Assembly: GCF_006345805.1 (NCBI RefSeq)
Contig: NC_043002.1
Coordinates: 33,542,001 to 33,606,000, forward strand
Length of the DNA stretch: 64,000 nt
Direction: 5' to 3'
DNA from: Octopus sinensis
Lineage: Eukaryota
The notes below the pieces were generated by a model that saw only the letters and a program-made list of their open reading frames with translations, was not told where the DNA came from and made no database searches. Of this stretch, positions 1-13,679 are shown piece after piece. Position numbers and translations under genes: made by a program. Each line of letters begins with the position of its first letter. Position 1 is the first letter of the stretch.

Positions 1-89
1 CCATCAGACCCAGCACCAGTATCTCTACCGTGTTCCCCACCACTTCAATCAGTAGAACTACCAGCAAAACACTGCTAACACTACTACTA

Positions 90-146
<57 letters not shown>

Positions 147-1162
147 TCTAACAATCTCTAGTCTTTTTTTCTCTTCTTGTATTCTTTCTTCATTGCTTCC
201 ATAAAAGTAATCTAGTGGTGGGATTTTGCCTTATTATCTACCTTTTCAGGGTTGATGAATTTAGCACCCGTATTATACTGAAGGCCTTTAGATCCGACTC
301 TACCCTCCTACCGAATATGAGGATCCACGCGCCTATTGTCATTTGGATTACCATTGTGTAATGGGAACTACACCTTACCAATCATGAACTGGTATCTACT
401 GTACCAATTGATTCTTCTCGCCAAAATAGTTGACCTTCTGCCTGAGGTGGTAGAATCTGTTGACCATTGTAAAATATGCGTTGTGGTATTTAGCTGTGTC
501 CCCTTACACTCTGAGATCAAATCCCGTAAAGATCTACTTTTGCCTTTTCTCCTTCTGGAGTTATCAAAATATAGCACTAATCAAGTATTATGGCCAACAA
601 AATAATACCAGTTATATACCAGGATATTTCTTCATCATATCTCAAAAGACTGTGACATTCAGCTTATGTTAGAAATCTTAGACATCAAAGTTCAAGACAC
701 ACCGAGGTAGGCTGTGCCTTTCATACTTCCAGGATCGATAAAATATTACCAATTGAATACTAGGACTGATCTAGTCGAGTAATCCCTCTCTCAAACCCTT
801 GCCGCCTTGTAATTATGTTAGATAGATTAGCAGAATCTTAAGTGCATCGAACAAAATAAATTATACTATTTGGTAACTGCTCTTTACTTTCTGCGTTCAA
901 ATAATGCCAGAGTCAGCTTAGCCTTTCACTCTTTCGGAGTCAATAAAATATTGTGCCATCCCAGTACATGGGCCGAAACAAACGACGAAGACGCGCCAAA
1001 TTTCTCGGCTTTTACCTAAGTTAGAATTTGTTACTATTAATGTCAACTGCCTCACAATTGAAGAATCCTTTAAACAAATACCTTTTTGCCTGTGAAAACA
1101 CAAAAGCCTCACCTTCTCATTTCTATTGCTTTAAAATGATCCCAAGTATCCTGCCCATGTCA

Positions 1163-1221
<59 letters not shown>

Positions 1222-1240
1222 CATTATTATTATTATTATT

Positions 1241-1709
1241 AAAGGTGGTGAGCTAACAGAATAGTTAGCGCGCTGGACGAAATGCTTAGCGGTATTTCGC
1301 CCGTCATTACGTTCTGAGTTCAAATTCCGCCGAGGTCGATTTTGCCTTTCATCCTTTCGGGGTCGATAAATTAAGTACTAGATAATTACTGCGGTCAATG
1401 TAATCGACTGTTCCCCTGCTCCAAAATTTCAGGTCTTGTGCCTTTAGTAGAAAGGATTATTGTTATTATTATTAAAGGAGGCGAGCTGGCAGAATCGTTA
1501 AGTACGCCGGGCAAGTGCTTAGCCGTATTTCGTCCATCTTTACGGTCTGAGTTCAAATTCTGCTGAAGTCGACTTTGCATTTCATCCTTTCGGGATCGAT
1601 AAATTAAGTACCAGTGAAACACTGGGGTCAACGTGATCGACTAGTCCCTTCCCCTCAAAATTTCAAGCCTTGTGCCTGTAGTAGAAAGGATTACTTTTAT
1701 TATCATTAA

Positions 1710-1770
<61 letters not shown>

Positions 1771-1792
1771 TATTATTATTATTATTATATTA

Positions 1793-1834
<42 letters not shown>

Positions 1835-2299
1835 AGGTGGTGAGCTAACAGAATAGTTAGCGCGCTGGACGAAATGCTTAGCGGTATTTCGCCCGTCATT
1901 ACGTTCTGAGTTCAAATTCCGCCGAGGTCGATTTTGCCTTTCATCCTTTCGGGGTCGATAAATTAAGTACTAGATAATTACTGCGGTCAATGTAATCGAC
2001 TGTTCCCCTGCTCCAAAATTTCAGGTCTTGTGCCTTAGTAGAAAGGATTATGTTATTATTATTAAAGGAGGCGAGCTGGCAGAATCGTTAAGTACGCCGG
2101 GCAAGTGCTTAGCCGTATTTCGTCCATCTTTACGGTCTGAGTTCAAATTCTGCTGAAGTCGACTTTGCATTTCATCCTTTCGGGATCGATAAATTAAGTA
2201 CCAGTGAAACACTGGGGTCAACGTGATCGACTAGTCCCTTCCCCTCAAAATTTCAAGCCTTGTGCCTGTAGTAGAAAGGATTACTTTTATTATCATTAA

Positions 2300-2361
<62 letters not shown>

Positions 2362-2370
2362 TATTATTAT
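1241..2370 (+). repeat. Tandem duplication (period 592 bp) of a SINE-A dimer plus (ATT)n tract; four SINE copies
   Basis: Units begin aaaggtggtgagctaacaga at 1241 and 1833; SINEs at about 1242-1460, 1475-1692, 1834-2050, 2065-2282. Confidence 0.95.
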
Positions 2371-2666
2371 TGCTGCTGCTACTACTGTTTTTATTGTTGA
2401 TGTAAGATGTAGCTGTTGTTGCTGTTAACGCGTCCTGACTACCACCGTAATAACCCATTCTCTTTCTTTTTTCCTAACTATTATTATTACTACCACTGCT
2501 GCTGCTGCTGCTACTTCTACTACTACTACTACCACTACTACCACTACTATTAGTAGTAGAAGTAGTGTTGCATTGCTATTATTGCTGTTGTTGTTGCTGT
2601 TGTTGGTTAATAAGCTCCGACCACCATTAAGGCTGTTCTTTTCCTTTTCATAATTACCACTATTAT

Positions 2667-2729
<63 letters not shown>

Positions 2730-2959
2730 CACTACTAATAATAATAACACTACTACCTTCTACTTCTACTACTACTACTACTATTGCTCTTTTATATCAT
2801 AAACGTTTTTTTCGATTTTTTTACGAATGAAATTGGTTTGATATGCATATCTCCATGATACCCAAACCCGTAGCCCATTACCTGTCCCCTCCAGCCCAAA
2901 CGTTCTCTACTATTAAACATATCGGACCCCACTTTTTTTAACTCCAGCCCCTCACCTTA

Positions 2960-3087
2960 TTCCTCGGCCCCTTAAAAACTCAGCTCTATTAGTCTTCTAC
3001 TTCTTATACCAAGCAGAAAAAATGATATATATATGTGTATATCAATATATATATGTATATATATGTATATATATGTATAATATGTAT

Positions 3088-3122
<35 letters not shown>

Positions 3123-3150
3123 GCATGTATGTATATATATATGTATATGC

Positions 3151-3181
<31 letters not shown>

Positions 3182-3272
3182 CACATATATATATATATAT
3201 ATTTGTGTAGGTATATATATGTACACACATATATATATATGTGAGTATATAAGTATATGTATGCATACATAT

Positions 3273-3305
<33 letters not shown>

Positions 3306-3653
3306 TTACATATAAATATATATCTATGTATATATATATATACATACATATATACATATATATATATATACATACACACACATAAATATATATATATATA
3401 TATCAGTGAAGAAATAATAATTCTCTTTCAGTATAATTCATTTATTATTTACTTTTACATATATTTATTTATCTATTTATTTATTTATTTATTTTCATTA
3501 TTTCTCGTTGGTCCCGCAGCCTCCTGTAAATATATCCTATATTTTGACGGGGTAAATTTCAGAGATTGGGGAGAAGTTTCTCAAAAATAAACCTTCCCAA
3601 GGCAACACAGTAAATTATAATTTGTTATTATTATTATGATTATTATTATTATG

Positions 3654-3704
<51 letters not shown>

Positions 3705-3977
3705 ATTATGTGTGTCCCAGAGCTGCTTCGGTCGCATTTTGCAACATTTACATCTAATTTTTTAATCATTAATGTTTTAATTTTTATATCCTTGATTTTT
3801 TTCTTGATTTTATTTTTATTCTCATGGTTTATAATTTTATTTATTATGGACTTTTTTCTAGCTTTTTCAGATTTGTGCTCCAGTCTAAAAACTTGCATTT
3901 TTTTATGTGTGTTTATGCGCGTGCCCGTGTATATGTGCATGTAAGAATATGCATGTACATACGGATATGTATATATA

Positions 3978-4037
<60 letters not shown>

Positions 4038-4245
4038 GTGAGTGTGTGTATATATATATATATATGTATATATGTATATATATATGTATATATATATATA
4101 TATATATAGACATATATATATATATATACATTTCTATATATAAACATACATATGTATATATATATATATATATAATTATACATACATACATTTTATATAT
4201 ATATATGCATGCATGTATAATGCATATATACATATACGTACAACC

Positions 4246-4331
<86 letters not shown>

Positions 4332-4632
4332 ATATATAGCAACGTAACATATTTGTTCTTTCTTATAAAAAGCTTCAGTTGGTAACCTCCAAATGTGATT
4401 TTTTAGAGTAGCCCTCTCTTTTTCTTTTGCTTATTAATATTATTTTTCTTTATATTCTGAATATCTGAATAATTTCAATAATTTGCTGTTTATTTATTTC
4501 TTTTTATCATTTTAATTTATTGAGAAAGAAAATCTCAAGAGAAAGCCCCCTAACATCCAATCCTTATTCCTTTCTTGACAACTTATTTGCCTTTTTTAAG
4601 TTCTAACTCATTCTTGCCATTTTTTTAAAACG

Positions 4633-4669
<37 letters not shown>

Positions 4670-4692
4670 CTTATATACATATATATATATAC

Positions 4693-4723
<31 letters not shown>

Positions 4724-4732
4724 TATATATGC

Positions 4733-4774
<42 letters not shown>

Positions 4775-4841
4775 TATATATATACATATGTACATATACA
4801 TATATACATATATATATATATACATACATATATATATGTAT

Positions 4842-4891
<50 letters not shown>

Positions 4892-4900
4892 ATATACTAA
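2960..4900. repeat. Compound (TA)n/(ATT)n microsatellite fields
   Basis: Tracts at ~3020-3400, 3620-3700, 3960-4340 and 4630-4900. Confidence 0.95.
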
Positions 4901-4990
4901 TGTGAAATAAACATTACATTACTTATTTACCTTCGAACAATAAAGAATTTATGACTATATTTGCTGTTTTTCTTTGCATATTGCTGATTG

Positions 4991-5240
4991 TTTAACCCCA
5001 TGTCTGGGGCGTGCTTGTTGTTTGTTTGTTTTTTATAGAATTAATCATGGATTCATACCAAGAAGCAAATGGGGTTGTTACGGACGTCTCATGTTTACGT
5101 CGAATATCAAGAATCACTTGATAATCGCCTTTATCAGAAACGGCAGAGAACTATCTAATATAGTAGCCATCTAGCAAATGAAAGAGATACAAAATTATGG
5201 ACTTTGCTCCATCCATTGTTGGTACATGAGTAGCTATATA
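4991..5240 (+). repeat. ~250-bp dispersed repeat, copy 1 (copy 2 at 9841-10100)
   Basis: Near-identical sequences starting ttaaccccatgtctggggcgtgc. Confidence 0.9.
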
Positions 5241-7825
5241 TGTAAACCTTCGCCAAGTTTCCACGAACCATTATATCTTACCAATTCAATATCTACATGG
5301 AAGTCATATGTAGGTATAGGTTCGTTTAGACGCTTGGAGTGATAATTGTGAATGGAACTGATATGAAGAAAATGATGGTGGTGATGACGATAAGGTCGAC
5401 GACGAGTCGGACGGGTATCATTTTCGTGTGCAGTTATAGTTTTGTTTACTAGACTTTGTAGTATCAAAGTCCTCTAAAACTGCTAAATAGTGATGACCGT
5501 GCGTTGAATCTTATCTTAGAACAGAATCGAAACTATACACAGTTAGGACAGTCACTATGTAGTGACAGTTAACCCTTACTGAGTATTGTCCTAATTTAGT
5601 CAGAGTACTATCGAAACCAGATTTATAATATTTTAAGGTATAACCTTGGATAGGTCTGTGGGATACTACAGATGTCAGTGTCATACGGACAATCCTACAA
5701 TATATTTACGCACCTCTACTTGATAAACCAAGGTAATTGTATGACATGCGTTTGATTGTTATGCCGACTAATAGCAAAAGGCTATAAATCCACTACCGTG
5801 TAAAAAAAAACTGTCCTGAATTAGCAATATTTTCAATTAACGACAAAGGCAATGTCGTAGTAACTATCCCCATAGAAATAACTCAGCTGCTTGGATCTGT
5901 AACCATCCATCCAAGCATAAATCCCACATCTGAGCATTTCTGCAGTTTTAATTCTAGGACCCTTAATGCTGGCAAGAGAGTTAGCAAACTGGTAGTGACA
6001 GCAAATAAACAAAAGATTAAAAATATATGCACATAAGAAAATTGTAGAATAATTGATGCTTTGGAAAGTGTTCACATATTTTTCTTAAACCCGTGACAGC
6101 TGCCGAGGTAGAATAGACTGTCGATGCTATACTAATTGATGCTGTGCTAAGCTTCACAAAGCTCCATTATTGCATTTAACTGACGTCATTTTACCAGAGT
6201 AAATCGTTCGTATTTGCTGCTATAATACAACTGCAATTGTTAATGCTTTGAGAAAATTGAATACAATGATATTACAGGTAGAGGCAAAAAAATAGCTCGT
6301 AGAGAGGCATTATAACTTCCGCGACAAGAATGCATACATTGTACTGACGTTTTTTTCCGTTTGCAAAAACTCAAAATTGTAATCCTTCTTCATCAGAATA
6401 CATATAAATATAACCAAATATTTTTGCAGACGCATAATGTCCCACAGAGGGAAAGACTTGGGTTATATATATATATGGTAATCTTGTTGATCCACTATTT
6501 AAAACTCGATAGTATTATGTAAACGGGTTTATTGTTGATATTCTAACAAATGACCGCTGTTGCTTTAGTAATGAAAATTCACAGAATTTTACTCACTTAC
6601 GATGAAGAAAAAAATTATCCGCACGTCACCGTACTGCCAATCTCAGACTTATTTCAAATTGCACTGTCCAACAATCTATTTTTAATGGATTAAAATTTCT
6701 TGGACCACTACATTGCGTATACTAGCAGCGAGCCACCTGATTATGTGTATTTTAGCCATAGAGTATTCATGAGTATTAATTTTGTACTTTCATTCAAGTG
6801 TTTTTCACGCCACTCAGTGTTTATTCACGAAAAATGACTAATCGCTACTGTTCTAAGATTAACCTGGGCAAGTTCCGTCGCTTAGTTATGTTCTCCAACG
6901 TACAGGTGCATGCTGGAAGTAAGACTGTTGATGTATACAATTCTCGCCACTCTGATTTACCTTTCAATGAATTCACTGGAAGACAATACTTTCCGCTATT
7001 ACTTTCTTATCCAAGTGAACTTTAAAAAGATGATGATCACATGCTGCAGAAGAAACTCTTGGCCTTTTCAGTCTTATCAACATTCAACCTGTTTTGCCAT
7101 AGCAACAAGACAACGAAACACTGCCACTGGTTTCCTTCACGGACAAAAGACGTTTATGAAGTGATTGTCAAAATGAATTTCATTAGAGGTCTGATCAATT
7201 CTGCATGCATCAAAAGCAGTTAGACATAAAACTACAAAACAACAATACTCTGACACTGAATGATTATGTGTAGAACCATTTTGTCAGTTCGTATGCACCT
7301 TAAACAAACCCGGCTGACGACACCGTTATGTCTGTATAGTCTACTCCACACTTCAACCTGTACCGCTGTCGAGCTTGGGATTTCCAAGAGTAGTTCATAA
7401 ACCCTATGAGGAAAGTCCCCATGAATAGATTGTTCCTTTGATCTTCGTCAACACCTGGAACTTATTTTTACCCCACCCTCCTCCTCTATAGAATGGAAGA
7501 ATCGATTTATCAACAACCACATTGATCGATTGGTAAAGAACAATAAGTTCCTATACGGACTGAACGAGAACTATTGCTCCGTAAATGAGAAAACGTACAT
7601 GATAAACGTTGACTTGTTCGCCGTTCACGAATCTTCCTAGATACTATGCAATCAGAGTTACTTAAATGTCCGACATCAAGCTCTGTGTAAAGGTTATTGT
7701 CAGCAGATGGAAAAGTGGGCTCAAAACACGTGACACTGACAGGGAAAAAAAACTGACTCTCCAGGACGCAACTTATTCTGATTAATTGGTATTCCTGTGT
7801 CAGCTGGTATTCCTTCAGTTTAGTA

Positions 7826-8622
7826 CAGGATGGGCCAAAAGTCACGAAAGGGTTTAAATGTTTAATAACTCCTATTACTTTTCGTTTAAAAGTTACAATA
7901 GTGCCATATTCAGTAATATAGGAAATAAATTTACACAACGTATGAAAAATCATATCTAGTAAATGACATCCACTTTCTACTTCGCGTAAACGTGCTCTTT
8001 CTGAGGCATTTTCCATGGCAGCCTTTAATGTTTCAGGTTCCAGTGTGCTCTGATTTCGGCCTGAATATTGTTCTGAAGTTGTTAAAGTGTCTGAGACTCA
8101 TTAAGATAATTTTTCTGTGTGATATCCTCATAGGAAGAAATGAGGAGCCGTCAGATCTGGAGAACGTGATGGCCAGCATATGTTCCAACCGCGGGAAGTT
8201 ATTCTTCCCTCAAGAATAAACCTGAGTAATTTGATTGTGGTCCTAGTTGTGTGAGCTGAGGCTCCGTCCTGTTGGAACATGTCCGGGAGATTCCATCTTG
8301 TCCAGACAGTCTTCATGTTGATACGCTTGGGTCTTCAACACTCTCCCTTACACGCATGGCTGGAGTTTCGTTCCTGATAGTGCAGAGTCTGCCAGATGGT
8401 AGGAGGTCGCTTACTGAACCAATCAAACTTTTAATCATTAGTTCGCTTAGAACCAATGATTGTGATAGCAAAATTTCACAATTTGTGTCCGCAGTTAGGT
8501 CGTGAACTTTTCTATGGTTAATCTCCAAGGACTTTTTTATAAAATCTGTAAAAACATGAAGAAATTAATATTCAAAAAACTTATCAAATATTGCAACTCT
8601 TTGTGAATTTTGGCCCACTCTG
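7826..8622 (-). mobile_element. Internally deleted Tc1/mariner-superfamily (maT/DD37D-like) transposon
   Basis: Imperfect TIRs CAGGATGGGCCAAAAGTCAC / CAGAGTGGGCCAAAATTCAC with TA on the left; remnant FQQDGASAH...WPSRSPDL..FFL. Confidence 0.85.
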
Positions 8623-9828
8623 TGCATACTAACTCTATTTTTCAGGTGTTCCAAACTGGCAGTGATTTCGTCTGCATATGGAAATATGATCTTCTATCAT
8701 CCCAGTTCAAGTAGGATACTTCTCAATATCTCTAGCATCCATTGCAACGGCCCAAAAGTCAAATGATACGGGATCAAAAAGAAAATAAGGGTGTACATCG
8801 TTGCTACTAAAGTCACTCTTTCATAGACAGTGCTAACTGAAACTGGATTAAAATCTTATTTCGCTTTCTTCAGGTTGATATAAATTATGTCATACATTGT
8901 TTACTTTTTGTTCTTTGTTATGCAGTATACTGACGTAATTGTAAAGCTCCCAAATAGTTAAACATGTACTGTATATAACTGGCGCCCTGGCGGCGCTGTA
9001 GCAAAATTTCCTTCATTGAAGGCAAGAAGCTGCCAGATTCGAGGAGTTGATAGAATTTGCAGGCTGTCATGAATGGCAAAGTCTTTTCCTCCTCTAATTC
9101 ATTTCCCAAAATTCGGTGAAAATGTTCCCACTTGGTGACGTACGTTGTACGCGCACCCTTTTGCTAAAGCATTTTTCTTAGGAAGAGTATTTGCAACATT
9201 GATTCTTCATTAGTGCAGCTTTGAATGACAGTCAGTATTATTTTCTCTATCTGGATCTTCTTTCAGTTTCTAATGTTTTCCCAAGGACTGAGAGGGAATA
9301 ATATTACTTACTTTTCCAGATTTTTTTCCGGCTCTAACTGCCCTCCACAACTTTCTTAACGTTCATATTGCTAATATGTTATATTATGTTTATCAACGAT
9401 GTAGACTTAGCCATCTAACAAGAGCTGTCTGCCACTTTTTGTTGTTGATATAAAATTCTATGATCTAAAAAGAAGTAAATATTTCTTTCTGAATAGAAAA
9501 TTCGAGAGGGTCTAGATAAGCTAATTGACGTTATTTTGGTTTGAGGTGTGATTAAAAAGTTCAAACAGGCAATCAACCACTAATTAAAATGAAAATGGGG
9601 AAAGTAATGCCGAATGTTTCCAAATATAACATACACTGCTTCTAAAAGTGCAGGTTGTTTCTTACGTTTGACAATCGCTAGTTAAATCGAAAATGATTTT
9701 CATATCATTTTCTACAAGTTTTAAAATAAACAACTAATTTACCAATTGTTTCTTCCGTTGTTTTCTTGTCGGTTGAAAGTGAGTTCGGCCAACTGTCCAT
9801 TCAGATAAATGGCTGTCTTCAGGTTGAT

Positions 9829-10100
9829 ATAACCCCATGTTTAACCCCATGTTTAACCCCATGTCTGGGGCGTGCTTGTTGTTTGTTTGTTTTTTATAGA
9901 ATTAATCATGGATTCATAACAAGAAGCAAATGGGGTTGTTACGGAAGTCTCATGTTTACGTCGAATATCAAGAATCGCCTGATAATCGCCTTTATCAGAA
10001 ACGGCAGAGATCTATCTAATATAGTAGCCATCTAGCAAATGAAAGAGATATAAAATTATGGACTTTACTCCATTCATTATTGGTACATGAGTAGCTATAT
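9829..10100 (+). repeat. ~250-bp dispersed repeat, copy 2, with triplicated 12-bp start
   Basis: (taaccccatgtt) iterated before the shared body. Confidence 0.9.
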
Positions 10101-10778
10101 ATTGGGCATTTATTTGCCAGTCAAATGTACGTCTGTTGTCATCTGTCTAGGAGCCATTCTTGGTTATTCCGACTACCTAGGGTAAATTCCTCTCACAGCT
10201 CTCAATCCCCGATTCACAGGGACATACCTACAGAAAGGCCATTCAGGTGGGAAATACTTTATTAGCCTTCTGAAAAATTTACAGAAGTGGGATGCCTTTC
10301 TCCCTTGTCATTTACATCTTCGTGTGAAATCTGAAGAGGTTGATAAGGAATTGGCAGTCACGTCCTCAACATATCTTCCGCCAAAGGCAGACATAATATC
10401 TGCCCACATCAGTTAAAGGAAGGTAATGAAACAATGACAACAATAGACTCAAACTATTGTGACACCGTCTCACAAGCGATAATAGCTGTTTAATAAAATT
10501 CCAAGAGCGCAAAATATGAAAACGAACACAGAATTCCAACATAGAATATCATACAGAATATAATGTCGGCACAGAATATCAGGCCGACACTGATTACCAC
10601 CACCACACAATATCGAAAGAGAAATACCAACAATATGATGTTTTTATAGACAATAGTTTATTAATAATACAATACAGTATCTGATGCGTTTGAATGTATT
10701 TGAATCTCTACAGTATTTCATTGGTCCTTTGCCATGATTGGATTATTTTTGCAGTAGTATTTTAATGTCACCTGTGTG

Positions 10779-11560
10779 CCGTATTTACCGACGTAGAAGA
10801 CTTGCTTTTTGTTTTGTTTTTTTAATACATCGAAATATTTCTCAGTGTCTAATTCGATCGAATGTCTAAGGAGCCGAATGAGCTTAAATCAGCTTGGCAC
10901 AAACATTGTTACTAATAATAAGCAAATGAAAACAAGCGAAATTATGAGTCTGTTGCCACAGACTTACAAGAGGTTGCTAATGGTACGTCAGCAATTACGT
11001 GGAGATGTCGCATCAGCTCCTACCACAGCATACAAAACTTTTGATATATGTCTTACATTATTCAAAGGATGTGTTACATTTAAGAAGAATTTTTTATTGT
11101 CTAAATCAAAATTTATCTAAGAAAGATGAAAAGTGTACCTTTAAATTTCATCTGCTTATTAGCTATTTGCAATGAATGGATGACAACAAAACTATTGCAG
11201 CGATGCGCCATCTTGGTAACTGATCACGGTAATACAAAACAGTCAAAAACACAAGTTTTACATCCTCTATAGCAATTCTTTTGATTAAAATTTAAACAAT
11301 ACAATTAATCTAAAAGCAGTTAACGTTGGGATGCGTAATATATTCATAATGTATCAATAATGATTTATGGTTTCACACTTTATTCTGGTGTGCAGTCAAA
11401 ATATTATATCTAAATGCACAGAATCATACATTCCTCACCACAAAACTACATCAAAATTTATTTTAGTAGGTGTATGATAAAATGTACTTTTGGGACTTTC
11501 TACAAAATTTTCTTGTAAAATTGTCTTATGCGAGAGGGTGTCTTATGCTACCAAATACAG
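10779..11560 (+). mobile_element. pogo-like non-autonomous DNA transposon
   Basis: Ends CCGTATTTACCGACGTAGAAGAC and GTCTTATGCTACCAAATACAG|TA resemble pogo-type TIRs; coding remnant not convincingly readable. Confidence 0.55.
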
Positions 11561-11566
11561 TATTTA

Positions 11567-12831
11567 CGAGGGACGTTCAATAAGTAATGCCCCTGATCCA
11601 TTTGCAGTTGTTTGATCTAGCTTGAATTTTTCATGTGCAATTATATATATAGATTAAATGGCAAATTACAGCTTTGAACTAATTGTAGTTTCTTATTTAG
11701 AGGTGTTTGAACTGAGTCAAGTGTGAAATGGAGGCTGTTGAGTGCCGAGCAGTGATCCGGTTTTTGTATTTGAAAGGACGCACACCACGGGAGACTTTTG
11801 ATGAAATGAAAGTAACTTATGGTGATGATGCCCCATCATATGACCTTGTAAAACGCTGGCATCGTGAATTCAAACATGGTCGGAACTCTGTGGAAACAGC
11901 TCCCAGATCTGGTCGCCCCCCTTCTGCCATTGATGAGGCATCTGTCCGTCAAGTTGAGGCTGCCATTTTGGAAGATCGACGCATAACTAGTCGCCAAATA
12001 GCCCATGAGGTCAAGATTAGTATCGGGTCTGTGGAAACTATCATTCATGTCCATTTGCATATGCAAAAGGTGTCTGCCAGATGGATTCCCAGATTGCTCA
12101 CACCTTTCCAGAAGCAAGAACGCGTCGAGTGCTCGAGGATGAATTTGGAGATGTGTCAAGAAGATGAGTCAAACTTTTTCAAAAGACTGACTACACAGGA
12201 TGAAACCTGGGTCCATCACTATGATCCAGAGACCAAAGCCCAGTCAATGCAGTGGAAGCACCGTGACTCACCTCATCCAAAGAAGGCAAGGGTGCAGTCC
12301 TCCGCTGGCAAGGTCATGCTCACAGTCTTCTGAACAGATTTCCTGGCAAAGGGTACCACAATTACAGGAGCCTATTATGCTTCACTTTTGAGGAAATTAA
12401 GAGAAGCTATCAAAATCAAGAGGCGGGGCAAGATCACAAGAGCATCCTCCTCCTGCAGGACAACGCTCTGGTCAACAACTCGCGTGTCGCCAGATCAGAA
12501 GCACAGGCGTGCGGCTATGAACTCCTACCCCATCCCCCCTACTCTCCTGACCATGCACCCTCTGATTTTCATTTCTTCCCAGCCATGAAGTTGTTTTTGA
12601 AAGGAAAGCGTTTCCCAGATGATGCAGCCTTGATTTCTGAAGTCACGTCGTGGTTGGAGGACCAAGCTGGGGTCTTCTACAAAAACGGTCTCCAGAGCTG
12701 CATCAAACGATGTGAGAAATGCGTAATTCTGGGTGGTTCCTATGTAGAAAAAGACTAATAACTGTGCCAAGTTTCGTTGCTCTACTGCTATGGGAGGTGG
12801 GTCAGGGGCATTACTTATTGAACGCCCCTCG
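11567..12831 (+). mobile_element. Mariner (DD34D) transposon, full-length ends, defective transposase
   Basis: TA TSDs; TIR CGAGGG(A/G)CGTTCAATAAGTAATGCCCCTGA; ORF 11728-12333 (HTH, TQDETW, AGKVM) then deletion and frameshifts. Confidence 0.97.
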
Positions 12832-13108
12832 TATGTGTCTATTATACAGCGTTTGATTGTCTGGTGGAGTGCAAAATCTATTTGTGTAAAGTATTTGATG
12901 GCCTTGAGTCTAGAGTACAGTATTTTACTGTCTGATATTCTAGAGTACATTATTTGATGGTTTACAGTAAATTTTTTATTGTCCACATTACAATAAACAA
13001 AATAATGAGAAGACATGTTTTATCTATGAGCAAACGTTTTATCAAGTGTTTTTTACCGCACGTTAGCACGTTAGGTCTGATTATTATTATTATTATCATT
13101 ATTATTAT

Positions 13109-13617
13109 ATGAAAACTCACAGCTTATTTTGCTGGGTACGATGGAAAGTGTCAGCTGTCCACAGCCAATAGACTAAGGTGACACTTGTTTACTGGTCATG
13201 CTTCAAGAACTCTGCAAAGAACTCTCGCAATTCCAAGCAATGCTGATTTTTGTAGCTGTTCTACCTTCACATTTGCACCGATCTTTTTCAGCCATGTTGG
13301 CAGTTGAGTGTTGATACTTCCAAGTGTACCAATTACTATTGGTATCATGTCTACTCTCTTCATTGATTACAACCTTCGTATTTCCCACTTTAAATATCAT
13401 AGTTCTTTATTTTTCCTTCCTTTTTCACATTGATCCTGTTGTCACCGGTGCATTCTATGCCGATTATCATACATGTTCTTGGTCTTTTTTATTCACCACA
13501 ACCATATCCGGTTTCCGATGTCTGGTCAGGTGATCGTACTGGATCATTGCATCCCACAGGAATTTGCAAATCTCATTTTCGGTGATTTCTTCTGGAGCTT
13601 GCTCATACCACGTCTTA

Positions 13618-13618
<1 letters not shown>
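13109..13618 (-). mobile_element. R4/Dong-like (RLE-endonuclease) non-LTR retrotransposon 3' fragment
   Basis: EN...FLWD..IQ.D.....KPDMVVV, KE.I..Y..L and P.VIG.LG motifs; flanked on both sides by (TAA)n. Confidence 0.8.
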
Positions 13619-13655
<37 letters not shown>

Positions 13656-13679
13656 CATTATTATTATTATTATTATTGA

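Noticed and set aside
1028-4825. Poly-Ile, (YI)n and similar ORFs
   Set aside because: Translations of (ATT)n and (TA)n microsatellites. The same applies to the MYVC/HTYI, poly-S/H and SIYL ORFs elsewhere in the window.
7510-8016. 168-aa ORF as a gene
   Set aside because: It is a chimera of the mariner C-terminal tail read through the TIR into flanking DNA.
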